This document shows, in pieces, positions 27,062 through 38,135 of a stretch of DNA of 64,000 nucleotides. The position numbers and the translations under genes are program-made. Numbering within the stretch: the first letter of the stretch is position 1; every line of letters starts with the position of its first letter. The stretch spans positions 44,330,001-44,394,000 of the forward strand of contig NC_135817.1 in assembly GCF_964213995.1 (NCBI RefSeq). Reading direction: 5' to 3'. The notes under the pieces were generated by a model that was not told the origin of the DNA, made no database searches, and worked only from the letters and a program-made list of their open reading frames with translations. Source of the stretch: Mustelus asterias. Its lineage: Eukaryota.

Positions 27062-28110
27062 TCCCACAACACCAGGTTAAAGTCCAACAGGTTTATTTGG
27101 TAGCAAAAGCCACTAGCTTTCGGAGCGCTCCTCCTTCATCAGGTGAGTGGGATTTCAGTTCACAAACAGGGCATAAAAGACACAAATTCAATTTACAAAA
27201 TAATGGTTGGAATGCGAGTCTTTACAGGTAATCAAGTCTTAAAGGTACAGACAATGTGAGTGGAGAGAGGGTTAAGCACAGGTTGAAGAGATGTGTATTG
27301 TCTCCAGGCAGGACAGTTAGTGAGATTTTGCAAGCCCAGGCAAGTTGTGGGGGTTACAGATAGTGTGACATGAACCCAAGATCCCGGTTGAGGCCGTCCT
27401 CATGTGTGCGGAACTTGGCTATCAGTCTCTGCTCAGCGACTCTGCGCTGTCGTGTGCCGTGAAGGCCGCCTTGGATAACGCTTATCCGAAGATCAGAGGC
27501 CGAATGCCCGTGACCGCTGAAGTGTTCCCCAACAGGAAGAGAACACTCTTGCCTGGTGATTGTCGAGCGGTGTTCATTCATCCGTTGTCGTAGCGTCTGC
27601 ATGGTCTCCCCAATGTACCATGCCTCAGGACATCTTTTCCTGCAGCGTATCAGGTAAACAACGTTGGCCAAATTGCAAGTGTATGTACCATGTACCTGGT
27701 GGATGATGTTCTCACGTGAGATGATGGTATCCATGTCGATGATCCGGCACGTCTCGCAGTGTTTGCTGTGGCAGGGTTGTGTGGTATCGTGGTCACTGTT
27801 CTCCTGAAGGCTGGGTAGTTTGCTGCGGACAATGGTCTTTTTGAGGTTGTGTGGTTGTTTGAAGGCAGGAAGTGGAGGTGTGGGGATGGCCTTGGCGAGA
27901 TGTTTATCTTCATCAATGACATGTTGAAGGCTCCGGAGGAGATGTTGTAGCTTCTCTGCTCCGGGGAAGTACTGGACAACGAAGGGTACTCTGTCCGCCG
28001 TGTCCCGTGTTTGTCTTCTGAGGAGGTCGGTGCGATTTTTCGCTGTGGCGCATCAGAACTGTTGATCGATGAGTCAAGTGCCATATGCTGGTCTTATGAG
28101 GGCATCTTAT
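27062..28110 (-). mobile_element. Penelope-like element, 5'-truncated, GIY-YIG endonuclease
   Basis: ORF 27354-27734 NVVYLIRC..WYIGET..LRQRMNEH..; pLTR with hammerhead motif at 27110-27146. Confidence 0.9.
27110..27146 (-). ncRNA. Minimal hammerhead ribozyme motif
   Basis: tcac-CTGATGA-a-ggag gagcg ctcc-GAAA-gc-TA-gtgg; stem I differs from the ccat/atgg variant but still pairs. Confidence 0.7.
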
Positions 28111-28314
28111 ATTGAAACAATATAATTATATTGAAAACAACCCAGGATTATCCTGTAATACAAAGACAACCCTCAGTTTCTTATCTCTATTTTCTTTCAG
28201 CCATCTTCTTAAACCCTTTTCCCCTGTTTCATCTATCTTCATCTTGAAGAACAAGTGTGAAGAGCTCGTAGCCTTTTTTGACACTAAAATTATTTGTTGA
28301 ACTGCCTTTACTAC

Positions 28315-28612
28315 TGATGTGCGATATAACACACGAGAGGCGTGATGTACTCGGGAAATAAAGGCTTTTATTGCCAACAATAACAGAGCTACCATATACA
28401 GTACACGATCCCAGACTAAAGGGTCACCAGGCAGAGCAGTGACCTTTATACCTCTCCCAGGAGGCGGAGCCGACTGGGGTGTACCATAACAACTATATTA
28501 ACAGGTAGAACAGCCCAACCCTAACCCCAACAGTAACATATATACAGACTCATAGTACTGGCCAGACCATGGCTCAGCACTACCTAGTGGGAACCAACAA
28601 TGGTTCACCACA
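28315..28612 (-). repeat. Gypsy 3' LTR (type A, 298 bp)
   Basis: Its 28448-28612 part appears identical to 33065-33229. Confidence 0.95.
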
Positions 28613-28675
28613 TTCACCCCTCCTTTGAAAACAAAGGCCGGCGGGGTACAAAACACAGAATAATTGTTCGTTTGT

Positions 28676-31600
28676 CTATAGGTTCAAGCGGTCTGGGGGA
28701 CCGCACCGTCGTTGTGACCTCCTCAACACCGGCGATGACACCGGTTCAGGCAATCGCGGTGACGTTCTCTCCAAGGCGATGTCCAGCGACTCCTCCAGTG
28801 CCTCACGAGCCGGTAGACCCCGAGTTGGTGACAACCCGCTGAACTCGGGCACGCCTTGAAGTGGCGACCATCTCCTGGACTCAGGCAAGCTGTACACGGG
28901 AGTAAGAGGGTTAAGTGATGGTACCGATACTGCCCGCGCGGTGTCAGGAGGGTAAAAAATGGTTGGGGGGTCCCTAACAGTAGGTGTGGGAGCGACAGGG
29001 GTTTCCAAGTCCCCTGCTGGCGCCAGATCTCGAATCGAGACCGTGTCCTCTCGCCCGTCAGGATATGCCACGTAGGCATACTGAGGGTTGGCGTGGAGGA
29101 GATGGACCTGTTCAACCAGAGGGTCGGACTTGCGGGTCCTAACATGTCGCCGCAGGAGGACAGGTCCTGAATACGTCAACCAAGACGGTAATGAGGTCCC
29201 AGAGGAAGACTTCCTAGGGAATGAAAACATTCTCTCATGAGGAGTAGCGTTGGTTGCCGTACACAGGAGTGAGCGTATGGAGTGGAGCGCATCAGGGAGC
29301 ACCTCTTGCCAATGGGAGACTGGAAGACCTTTAGACTTCAACGCCAGTAAGACAGCCTTCCAGACTGTAGCATTCTCTCGTTCAACCTGTCCGTTACCTC
29401 TTAGGTTGTAGCTCGTGGTTCTACTAGAGGCAATCCCGTATGAGTGCAGGTATTGTCTCAAGTCATCGCTCATGAACGACGAGCCCCTATCGCTGTGGAT
29501 GTAACAGGGGTAACCGAACAGGGTGAAAAGATCACGAAATGCCTTGATAACCGTGGCAGCGGTCATATCAGAACAGGGAATGACAAAAGGGAATCGTGAG
29601 TACTCATCAACCACATTGAGGAAGTACACGTTCCGATCTGTCGAGGGAAGGGGGCCCTTAAAGTCCACACTCAGTCTTTCGAAGGGACGAGTGGCCTTAA
29701 CGAGTTGTGCCCTGTCAGGTCGGTAGAAGTGCAGTTTGCATTCCGCGCGTACCCGGCAGCTTCTGGTTATGGACCTGACATCCTCCACCGAGTAGGGTAG
29801 ATTCCGGGCTTTTATGAAGTGGTAGAGCCGAGTGACCCCCGGATGGCAGAGGTCATTGTGGAGAGCCTGCAATCGATTCTCCTGCATACTAGCGCATGTT
29901 CCACGCGACAGGGCATCCGAGGGCTCGTTGAGCTTCCCTGGACGATACATGAAATCATAATTGTAGGTGGAGAGTTCGATTCTCCACCTCAAGATATTAT
30001 CATTCTTGATCTTACCCCGTAACGTGTTGTTGAACATGAACGCCACGGACCGCTGGTCCGTGAGCAGAGTGAACCGTTTGCCCGCCAAGTAATGGCGACA
30101 ATGCCGAACGGCCTCCACAATGGCCTGGGCCTCCTTTTCCACCGCCGAATGTCGAATTTCAGGGCCTTGGAGGGTGCGAGAGAAAAAGGCGACGGGCCTG
30201 CCCGCCTGGTTAAGTGTGGCGGCCAGGGCAAAATCAGATGCATCACTCTCCACCTGGAAGGGGATGGACTCGTCGATAGCGTGCATCGTGGCTTTCGTGA
30301 TGTCGGCTTTTATTCTTGCAAAGGCTAAGCGAGCCTCTGTTGCTAGGGGAAAAGAGGTAGACTTGATGAGCGGACGGGCTTTGTCCGCGTAATTGGGAAC
30401 CCACTGTGCGTAGTATGAGAAGAAGCCTAAGCATCTTCTCAGTGCTTTGACGCTAGTGGGCAGGGGAAGTTCGAGGAGAGGACGCGTACGGTCTGGATCA
30501 GGGCCAAGGACCCCGTTTTCCACCACGTATCCGAGGATAGCTAGGCGGCGCATGCGAAATACACACTTCTCCCTGTTGTAGGTCAGATTCAGGCGAGATG
30601 CAGTGCGTATAAGAATCTAAAAAGGTTGGCATCGTGGTCCTGCTGGTCATGGCCGCAGATAGTGACGTTATCCAGGTACGGGAAGGTAGCCCGCAGCCCG
30701 CTCTGGTCCACCATTCGGTCCATAGCACGCTGGAAGACCGAGACCCCATTCGTGACACCAAAAGGAACCCTTAAAAAATGGTACAGGCGACCATCCGCCT
30801 CAAAAGCCATGTATTGTCAGTCCTCTGGGCGAATGGGGAGTTGGTGGTAAGCAGATTTTAAGTCAATGGTGGAGAACACCCGGTACTGCGCAATCTGATT
30901 GACCATGTCAGATATGCACGGGAGGGGGTACGCATCCAGCTGCATGTATCTGTTAATGGTCTGACTATAGTCTATGACCATCCGGGGTTTGTTCCCATTC
31001 TTAACCACCACGACTTGCGCTCTCCAGGGACTAGCGCTAGGTTGGATGATCCCTTCCTTGAGGAGCCGCTGAACTTCAGATCGAATGAAGATCCGATCTT
31101 CAGCGCTGTAATGCCTGCTCTTTGTTGCGATGGGCTTGCAGCCTGGCACGAGATTCTGGAATAGGGAGGGTGTGGTAATCCTAAGCGTTGAGAGGCTACA
31201 TGTGGAGCGCGTTGGGCAATTTAGAGGCTGCGGGTCTCCCACTGAAAGCGGAGGGAGTGGCCCACCATACTGCAGGGTTACACTCTTCAAGTGGACCATA
31301 AAATCTAGTCCTAGGAGTATTGGCGCGCAAAGATGCGGTAACAGAAGGAGCTTGAAGTTCTCGTAGACTGTGTCCTGCAACGTCAGATTGACTACGCAAC
31401 TCCCTAGCACGGTGACAGACCGGGACCTTGACGCCATCGAAATTGTCTGCTTGGCAGGCTGGCTCTGGAGGCCACACCGCTTCATGGCGTCTGGGTGAAT
31501 AAAGCTCTCCGTGCTCCCGCTGTCAAACAGACAATAAATCGTGCGTTTGTTTACCTGTATGTCCATCATGGACTTGTCGAGTCTGTGAGGCTTTGCCTGG

Positions 31601-32702
31601 TCCAGGATGATCGACGCCACCGTTGGTTCGTGAGTGCCACTGCAGGCAGCTGAGATGGATGATGGCAACCCCTGCTGGTCATTCGCGGTCGGTGCCGACC
31701 AAAATGGTTGCTCCCATAGGTCGCACATGGGCGATGGCGCCAAAATCAGCGACCCCTGGTGGTCGCGCGTCTCTTGCGACTCCATCGTCTGGAATGGCGA
31801 CGTCCTGGCCTCGCACGTGGAAGAAACCCTTGACGATGCCGACGACGAGGAAACCGGCTTCGGGGAGTCACACGCCGCACTGCTGTGCCTCGATGTAAGT
31901 TTGGATCGACATACCTTCGAATAATGCCCCTTCTTGCCGCAGGCGGAGCACAATACCGCTTTAGCGGGACATCGCTGCCGAGTGTGTTTCACTCCCCCAC
32001 AGAAGTAACACCACGGGCCGCCTGGAGCTGCTGCCGTCGTCAGGCCCGAGGGTGGGAACGCAATCACGCCGCTTTTCGGACCCGCTGGATGAGGTGGGGT
32101 CTGTGACTGCCCCTGCCACGCTGTCTCCACGTGGTCATCGGGATACATCGCCAGGCTTTTGGAGGCCATTTCTAGCGTACCCGCTAGCTCTATAGACTTA
32201 GTGAGATCGAGATTACCTTGCTCCAACAGTCGAAGTCGGATATAAGACAATCCGATTCCCGCCACAAACGCATCTCGAGCGAGGTCGTTCATGTTCTGGT
32301 CTGCCGACACTGTTTTGCAGTTACAGCCCCTGGCTAGCTGTAGGAGCTCGCACGCATACTGTTCCGTCGTTTCGCCGGGCTGCCGTCGTCGAGTGGCTAA
32401 GAGATATTGAGCATGCATCTCGTTGGCGGTTTAATGTAGCGCTTCTTAAGAAGCTCGAGGGCCCCTTTGTAGTCGGTGGCCGCACGGATCGCTAAATTTA
32501 TAGCGTCGCTTACCCTCGCGTGGAGGACCCAGAGTCTGTCGTCATCTGTGGTGACCGCTGCGGAGGCTTCGAGGTAATCCTGAAAACATTTCAACCAGTG
32601 GTCGAAGGTGTTGGAGGCGCCCACCGCACGTGGGTCCAGCGTAAGCCATTCGGGTTTAAGCATTTGCTCCATGCTCTCTGTATCGTTTTCTTTTTTTTTC
32701 AA
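28676..32702 (-). pseudogene. Gypsy gag-pol with ~3 lesions
   Basis: Two zinc knuckles (CYFCGGVKHTRQRC, CSACGKKGHYSKVC), PR LFDSGS, RT IDLKSAYHQ/YLDN, RNase H ESDAS, IN VDFKGP/HSDRGSSF/GQVEREN. Frameshifts near 32420 and 30600; stop at 30817. Confidence 0.95.
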
Positions 32703-32733
32703 CGACGAGAGTTCAATTAGTAGTCAATAAAAT

Positions 32734-33064
32734 TGATGCGCGATATAACTCACGAGGCTAGAGATGCTCGAGGAAATAAAGGCTTTTATTGACTACTACA
32801 ATAGAGCTACCATATATAATACACGATCCCAGACTGAAGGGTCCCAGACAGAGCAGTGACCTTTATACCTCTCCCAGGAGGCAGAGCCCGACTGGGATGT
32901 ACCATAATAACTATATTACAGGTAGAACAGCCCAACCCTAACCCCAACAGTAACATGTAGAACAGCCCAACCCTAACCCCAACAGTAACATATATACAGA
33001 CTCATAGTACTGGCCAGACCCTGGCTCAGTACTACCTGGTGGGAACCAACGATGGTTCACCACA
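32734..33064 (-). repeat. Gypsy 5' LTR (divergent type B, 331 bp)
   Basis: TG...CA; homologous to but clearly different from type A; followed by a 165-bp type-A fragment at 33065-33229. Confidence 0.9.
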
Positions 33065-33735
33065 ATACCTCTCCCAGGAGGCGGAGCCGACTGGGGTGTA
33101 CCATAACAACTATATTAACAGGTAGAACAGCCCAACCCTAACCCCAACAGTAACATATATACAGACTCATAGTACTGGCCAGACCATGGCTCAGCACTAC
33201 CTAGTGGGAACCAACAATGGTTCACCACAACTACTTCCTTGGTTCTCAGGCCAAACTTCCTCTAAGGGTCTCCCTTCCCTTGCCTTGAACTTTTTTCTTT
33301 AGTTTTTCTCTTATCCACCTTATGCCATCTCTGATCTCAACTTGTCCATGAGACCCTATCTTGCTCTCTCAATGCTATTTGAATGAGAATACTGACAACT
33401 CAGCTTCCCTTCTTGGCTCGCACATTAGCTGATATTAATGGTTTTCTTTCCTTAGACTCTCTCTTTAAATCTTCTGTCATAGCCCCTCTTGGTAGTTTCA
33501 AAATTAATAGTATTAGTGTGACTATCATTTTATAGTTTAAAATAATATTATTCAGCATTCTGTGCTAAATTGACAAAAGCGCTTTAAAAAAAACAAAATC
33601 TGCATTATTAGAAAGCAGCTACATTAGATAAATAGACAGCCTTATTTGTGAGACAATTTAAAAAATAAGCAATTCATTCATAGAGATATTAGGAAAGCTT
33701 GTAATGTAATCTGGAACACAACAGTTTATCACTTT

Positions 33736-34676
33736 TGTAACGATAAACACACTATTAAAACTTGATTATTAATAGAGGTTCTTAAAATACCGTGAGGATT
33801 GTAAAATGCTTCCTTCCCAATATGAAATTGTCAGACCTTTCATTAACCTTGACTGAAAGAGTGAATTCAAGATTATTGGTCATCACTCAAGCTAACTCAA
33901 GATAAGAGATTTCGCTTGAAAGAAACCATTGCCTTAAAGTTGAGATCGTGGGCGGGATTTTATGGCCTCGCTCGAGCAAGATCAGAAATTCCCACCCAAT
34001 GGACATTTCTGTTGTCCGCCCCTCGCCCACTCCAATTTTGTGGCGGGCAGGGCTGTAAAATTCTAGTGAATGTCCGTAATTAGCTAAAAGCCAATGGGCT
34101 AACACTTATTTCATTATTGACAAGTTATAGACCCATTGGCTATTTTCCAGTAATTGATTAAGGTGGCCTTAAACATCTTTAAGATATAAAAGAAGGGGTC
34201 TCAAGAAGCCATGTTGATAGAGAAAGATGTTGAGAGAGAGTTAGAAAGAGAGATGTTGAGAGAGAGAAGTGCAGAGAGGTTTAAACGTATGCTCTCCATG
34301 TTTTCAGTGCCTTCACTTCACGTCATGGTCTGAGAAGGGTGGTGAGAAATCTGTTCAATTGTTAAGTTAAGCTTTCTCCTCTTACTGTTAATTACTGCTA
34401 ATTACTGTTAATTAACACTTCTGCTAGAATTTTACTGACACGCCTGCCCCGGAATCAGGGCGGGTGAGGCTCACAGAACGGAATTCTCCGCTGGCCTCGG
34501 ACGGGATTTTATGAGCCTCACCGAGCAAGGTCGTAAAATCCCGGCCTTTGTTTTTTTTATCTTTCTAAGTTAGAAAGTTATTTTTCTAACTTGTTTTAAT
34601 AAATTTTCTGAATTCTCCATTGAAAGTGTTCTTTCTTGCCATGTGGTTAAATCTCTAGAACCTGGTAAGATTTACA
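33736..34676 (+). mobile_element. Possible old LTR containing two MITE insertions
   Basis: tgtaa...ttaca inverted ends, TATA-like gatataaaa, aataaa near 34598, followed by attgggga (PBS-like). Start uncertain. Confidence 0.3.
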
Positions 34677-35709
34677 ATTGGGGAGTTATTGCAAACAAAT
34701 GAGCCCCCTAAATCTTAGTTCAGATAAATCCAAGTTGTTACACTCTGCTCTCAAGAAAAAACACCACTTTACCACTCCGTCCTGACAAACTACCACCCAT
34801 CTCCAACCTTCGATGCCCCTCCGAAGTCCTTGAACATGTAGTGGCTGCCCAAATTCAACCTCATCTTTCCTGAACTTCACATTTCATTCCTTCCAATCAG
34901 GTTGCAGTTCTTGCCATAGTTGGGACAAAATCAAAGATCATGTAGATGAATGTGTATTAATTAAGGAATACCAGCATGGATTTATTGAAGGTATCTTGTG
35001 TTTAGCTAACTTGATTTTGTTTTTGGATGAAGTAGTAGGCAAGACCCTGCAAACATCCTAAACACACCATTACCAGTTGCTGTTCCTTGCTGGCAGTATG
35101 CTAGAGCACAACATCTGTTTGGCACCCAGTTCTGGGTTGTCATCACCATCTTGACCACTCCACTCTCTCTAAATTATTGGGATGCTTATCTTGGATGAGC
35201 AGAATTTTTCTCAAATTAAATATTGGGAAGTCCGAAGCCGGCATCTTCAGTCCCCATCATAAACTTGATGTTCACTGGCTCCATCCCACTCCCTGACAAC
35301 CCTCTGAGGCTGAATCAGACTGGTTGCTACCTTGGCAGAGACTTAATTTTTAAATTATTTTCACAAGATGTGGGTATCACTGGCAAGGCCAGCATTTATG
35401 GCCCATAATTTCCCTCAAGAAGGTAGTGGTGAGCTGCCTTCATGAAATGCTGCAGGTCAAATAATGTAGGTAAATCCATAGTTCTGTAAGAGAGGTAGTA
35501 CCATGTAGTGTCGGTAAATCCATAATGCTGTTGGGAGGTAGTTCCAGGATTGGATTCGATTTGATTTGATTTAATTTATTATTGTCACATGTATTAATAT
35601 ACAATGAAAAGTATTGTTTCTTGCACATTATACAGATAAAGCATACTGTACATAGAGAAGGAAAGGTGAGAGTGGAGAATGTAGTGTTACAGTAAACGAA
35701 CTTAACAAT

Positions 35710-35727
35710 TGGCGCTGCGAGTAGGGT
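35710..35727 (+). promoter_or_regulatory. ERV-A primer binding site (tRNA-Ser-like)
   Basis: tggcgctgcgagtagggt 2 nt after the LTR end; resembles the complement of the tRNA-Ser(CGA) 3' end with ~3 mismatches. Splice donor ag|gtaaga at 35812. Confidence 0.6.
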
Positions 35728-35930
35728 TCCAACATATACAGACATCGTCCGAGGTGGATTGAATAAACGATCGTCTGGGTGTCGGTAACATGAGACGGCC
35801 GGGCCCACGAGGTAAGATTAACCTTGGTCTCTCTCACTGGATTAATACTCAGTCGACCCCTCATCCCCCGAGGCCCTGTATTGACGGAACCCAGAGACGA
35901 CTTACGTCCTTGAACACTGACTAGTCCTAC

Positions 35931-36322
35931 ACCGGGAGGTTCGAGTCCCCCCGTTGTCCTGGTGGTTCGAGTCCCCAGGTTTATTTAGTAAGACACCAGG
36001 CGGTTCGAGTCCCCCGGTTGATCTGGTGGTTCGAGTCCCCAGGTTTATTTAGTAAGACACCAGGCGGTTCGAGTCCCCCGGTTGATCTGGTGGTTCGAGT
36101 CCCCAGGTTTATTTATTAAGACACCGGGCAGTTCGAGTCCCCCGGTTGCTCTGGTGGTTCGAGTTCCCAGGTTTATTTGGTAAGACACCGGGCGTTTCGA
36201 GTCCCCCGGTCTGCCTGGAGGTTCGAGTCCCCAGGTCTATTCGGTAATATAGCGGAGGTTTGAGCCCCCCGTTGACCTTGGGGTTCGAATCCCTAGGTCG
36301 ATAGCAATTGACGTTCGAGTCC
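35931..36322 (+). repeat. 64-bp dimeric tandem array of GGTTCGAGTCC hairpins in the ERV-A leader
   Basis: Period 64 (accagg at 35995 and 36059); 13 B-box/T-loop-like motifs. Confidence 0.9.
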
Positions 36323-36343
36323 TCTAAAGTATTCTTATATTTA

Positions 36344-36651
36344 TGATGCGCGATTAATTCACTCGAGATGCTCGATCGTACTCGGGAAATAAAGGCTTTT
36401 ATTAGCAACAAGAATAGAGCATACTGCTTAACAATACAATCCTAGACTAAAGGGTCACTAGGAAGTGCAGTGACTTTTATACCCCTATAGGAAGGCGGAG
36501 CCAACCGGAGTGTACCACAGAACAATACCAACAGGCAGAACACCCCAACCCTAACCCCAGCAGCAAGCAGAGTAACATATGTACAAGTACCCATAGTGAT
36601 AACCATCTATGGTTCAGTACCCATAGTGGTAACCATCTATGGTTCACCACA
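36344..36651 (-). mobile_element. Gypsy solo LTR (third variant of the 28-33 kb family)
   Basis: tgatgcgcgat...ggttcaccaca; 5-bp TSD attta. Confidence 0.9.
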
Positions 36652-36667
36652 ATTTAATCAACTAAAA

Positions 36668-38135
36668 ATGGGTCAGACCCTTGATAAGTCAGGCGACAGA
36701 AGCCCCTTATACACCTTCTGTCTTCAGCACCCGGCAGAGGAGAAAAAAATTAAGACGACGGTCGGGTTGCCTGAATAAAAAGTTGAGAGACAAGAATTGG
36801 CCACTAGGGATTTGGATAAGTGTATTAAAGCAGAGGAGGCTATTTGGAAACGCAATGCGGGAAGTAAATGGAAAGTATTAATGTCCCTTTGGAGAAAAAA
36901 AGCTTATGAAAAATATAAGAAGTCAAAACTGGCCAGTTGGGAGGACAATGCACGTGGAAGGGGGATAAGTGAATGTGATAATGAGGGTTAACCCAATTCC
37001 TGGGAAATTTTGAAATGGGAACGTGAGAAAAAAAGAAGTAGAAAAGAGATAGAGCAGAACAAGAGAGGTTAGACAAGGAAGAGAGAGATAAGAAAATAGG
37101 ATTAGAAAGGCAGGCCGAACAAAGAAAACATAAGAAACGTGAGGCACCTCCTGACTTATCTGGCTTGCCGATGTTGTTTGAGGGAAATGACACCGAGACG
37201 ATGATTGGAGCATCTATCCGACTGTTCCCCCCAACCCACCCATGCCATCGGCACCAACAGCATCTGCTCTGGTGAACCGTCCTCCCTCCGCCTTATAGTA
37301 CACCACAGGTACCACTACTGCCAGCGACTGCCAGTTCAAAGATGTGCGGGTTAGGTTGATTGGCCATGCTAAAATTGCCCCTTAGTGTCCTGAGATGCGT
37401 AGGTTAGAGGGATTAGCGGGTAAAATATGTGGGGGTAGGGCCTGGGTGGGATTGTGGTCGGTGCAGACTCGATGGGCCGAATGGCCTCCTGATGCACTGT
37501 AGGGATTCTATGATTCTATGACTTGTCATGAACCCCCTCCCTTTTGTACAAGGTCTCAAACCGGGAGACGTAAGAAGCCAAAAAACGTAAACAAGCCCGG
37601 TCCCTTTCAAATGATGCAGAGGACTAGATACGACACAGGTGACGATGACGACTTTGACGACTCAAGCACAGATACTGACATAGACGACCCCATTTGGGAG
37701 GGCTCAACCGAGGCAAACCCCCCACGAACGACCCCCGGAGGGAGACGCATACAGGGGCCTTCTCATACTCGCAATAGACAGTTCCCCAACCAAACGGTCC
37801 CCAATCCTTCGGCCGGTCCTAACGCTCCAGCAGCCCAACAAATCATGCAGGTGTATACTCCTTGGAAAACCCAGTGTCTAATCATGTCACATGTCCCAAA
37901 TCATAAAACTAGTCCCAAGGATTTCATTGAATATATTGTCGGCACCATCCAAATGTACCAGGCCACCCCACAGGACTTCTTTAGTCTCTGTTGTATGGCC
38001 TTGACACCCAGTGAATGTGCTAGGTGGAAGAATCACCTGGGGCACCAGAATTGGACTGTTTTTTCCGGAGCAGTGAATCAACCACAGCAGCAGGTCAATC
38101 AGATTAGTGAAGCTCTTAAGCGGACCCTACAACAA
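36668..38135 (+). pseudogene. ERV-A gag (frameshifted, SINE-interrupted, 3'-truncated)
   Basis: MGQTLDKSG myristoylation start; PSAP and PPPY late domains ~37245-37297; CA-like VYTPW..; HE1 3' fragment at ~37335-37520. Confidence 0.8.

Larger units (their letters stand above)
28315..33229 (-). mobile_element. Ty3/gypsy LTR retrotransposon, near full length, chimeric 5' end
   Basis: TG...CA termini, 5-bp TSD actac (28310-14, 33230-34), PPT caaaggaggggtgaa, domain order gag-PR-RT-RH-IN. Confidence 0.97.

Noticed and set aside
28519-28530. Telomere-like ccctaacccc motifs (also near 32935-32980, 33135 and 36548)
   Set aside because: Single units within gypsy LTR U3, not an interstitial telomeric array.
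35931-36322. CRISPR array or tRNA gene cluster
   Set aside because: Eukaryotic context, repeated rather than unique spacers, no cas genes; only T-arm-like hairpins, without D, anticodon or acceptor arms.
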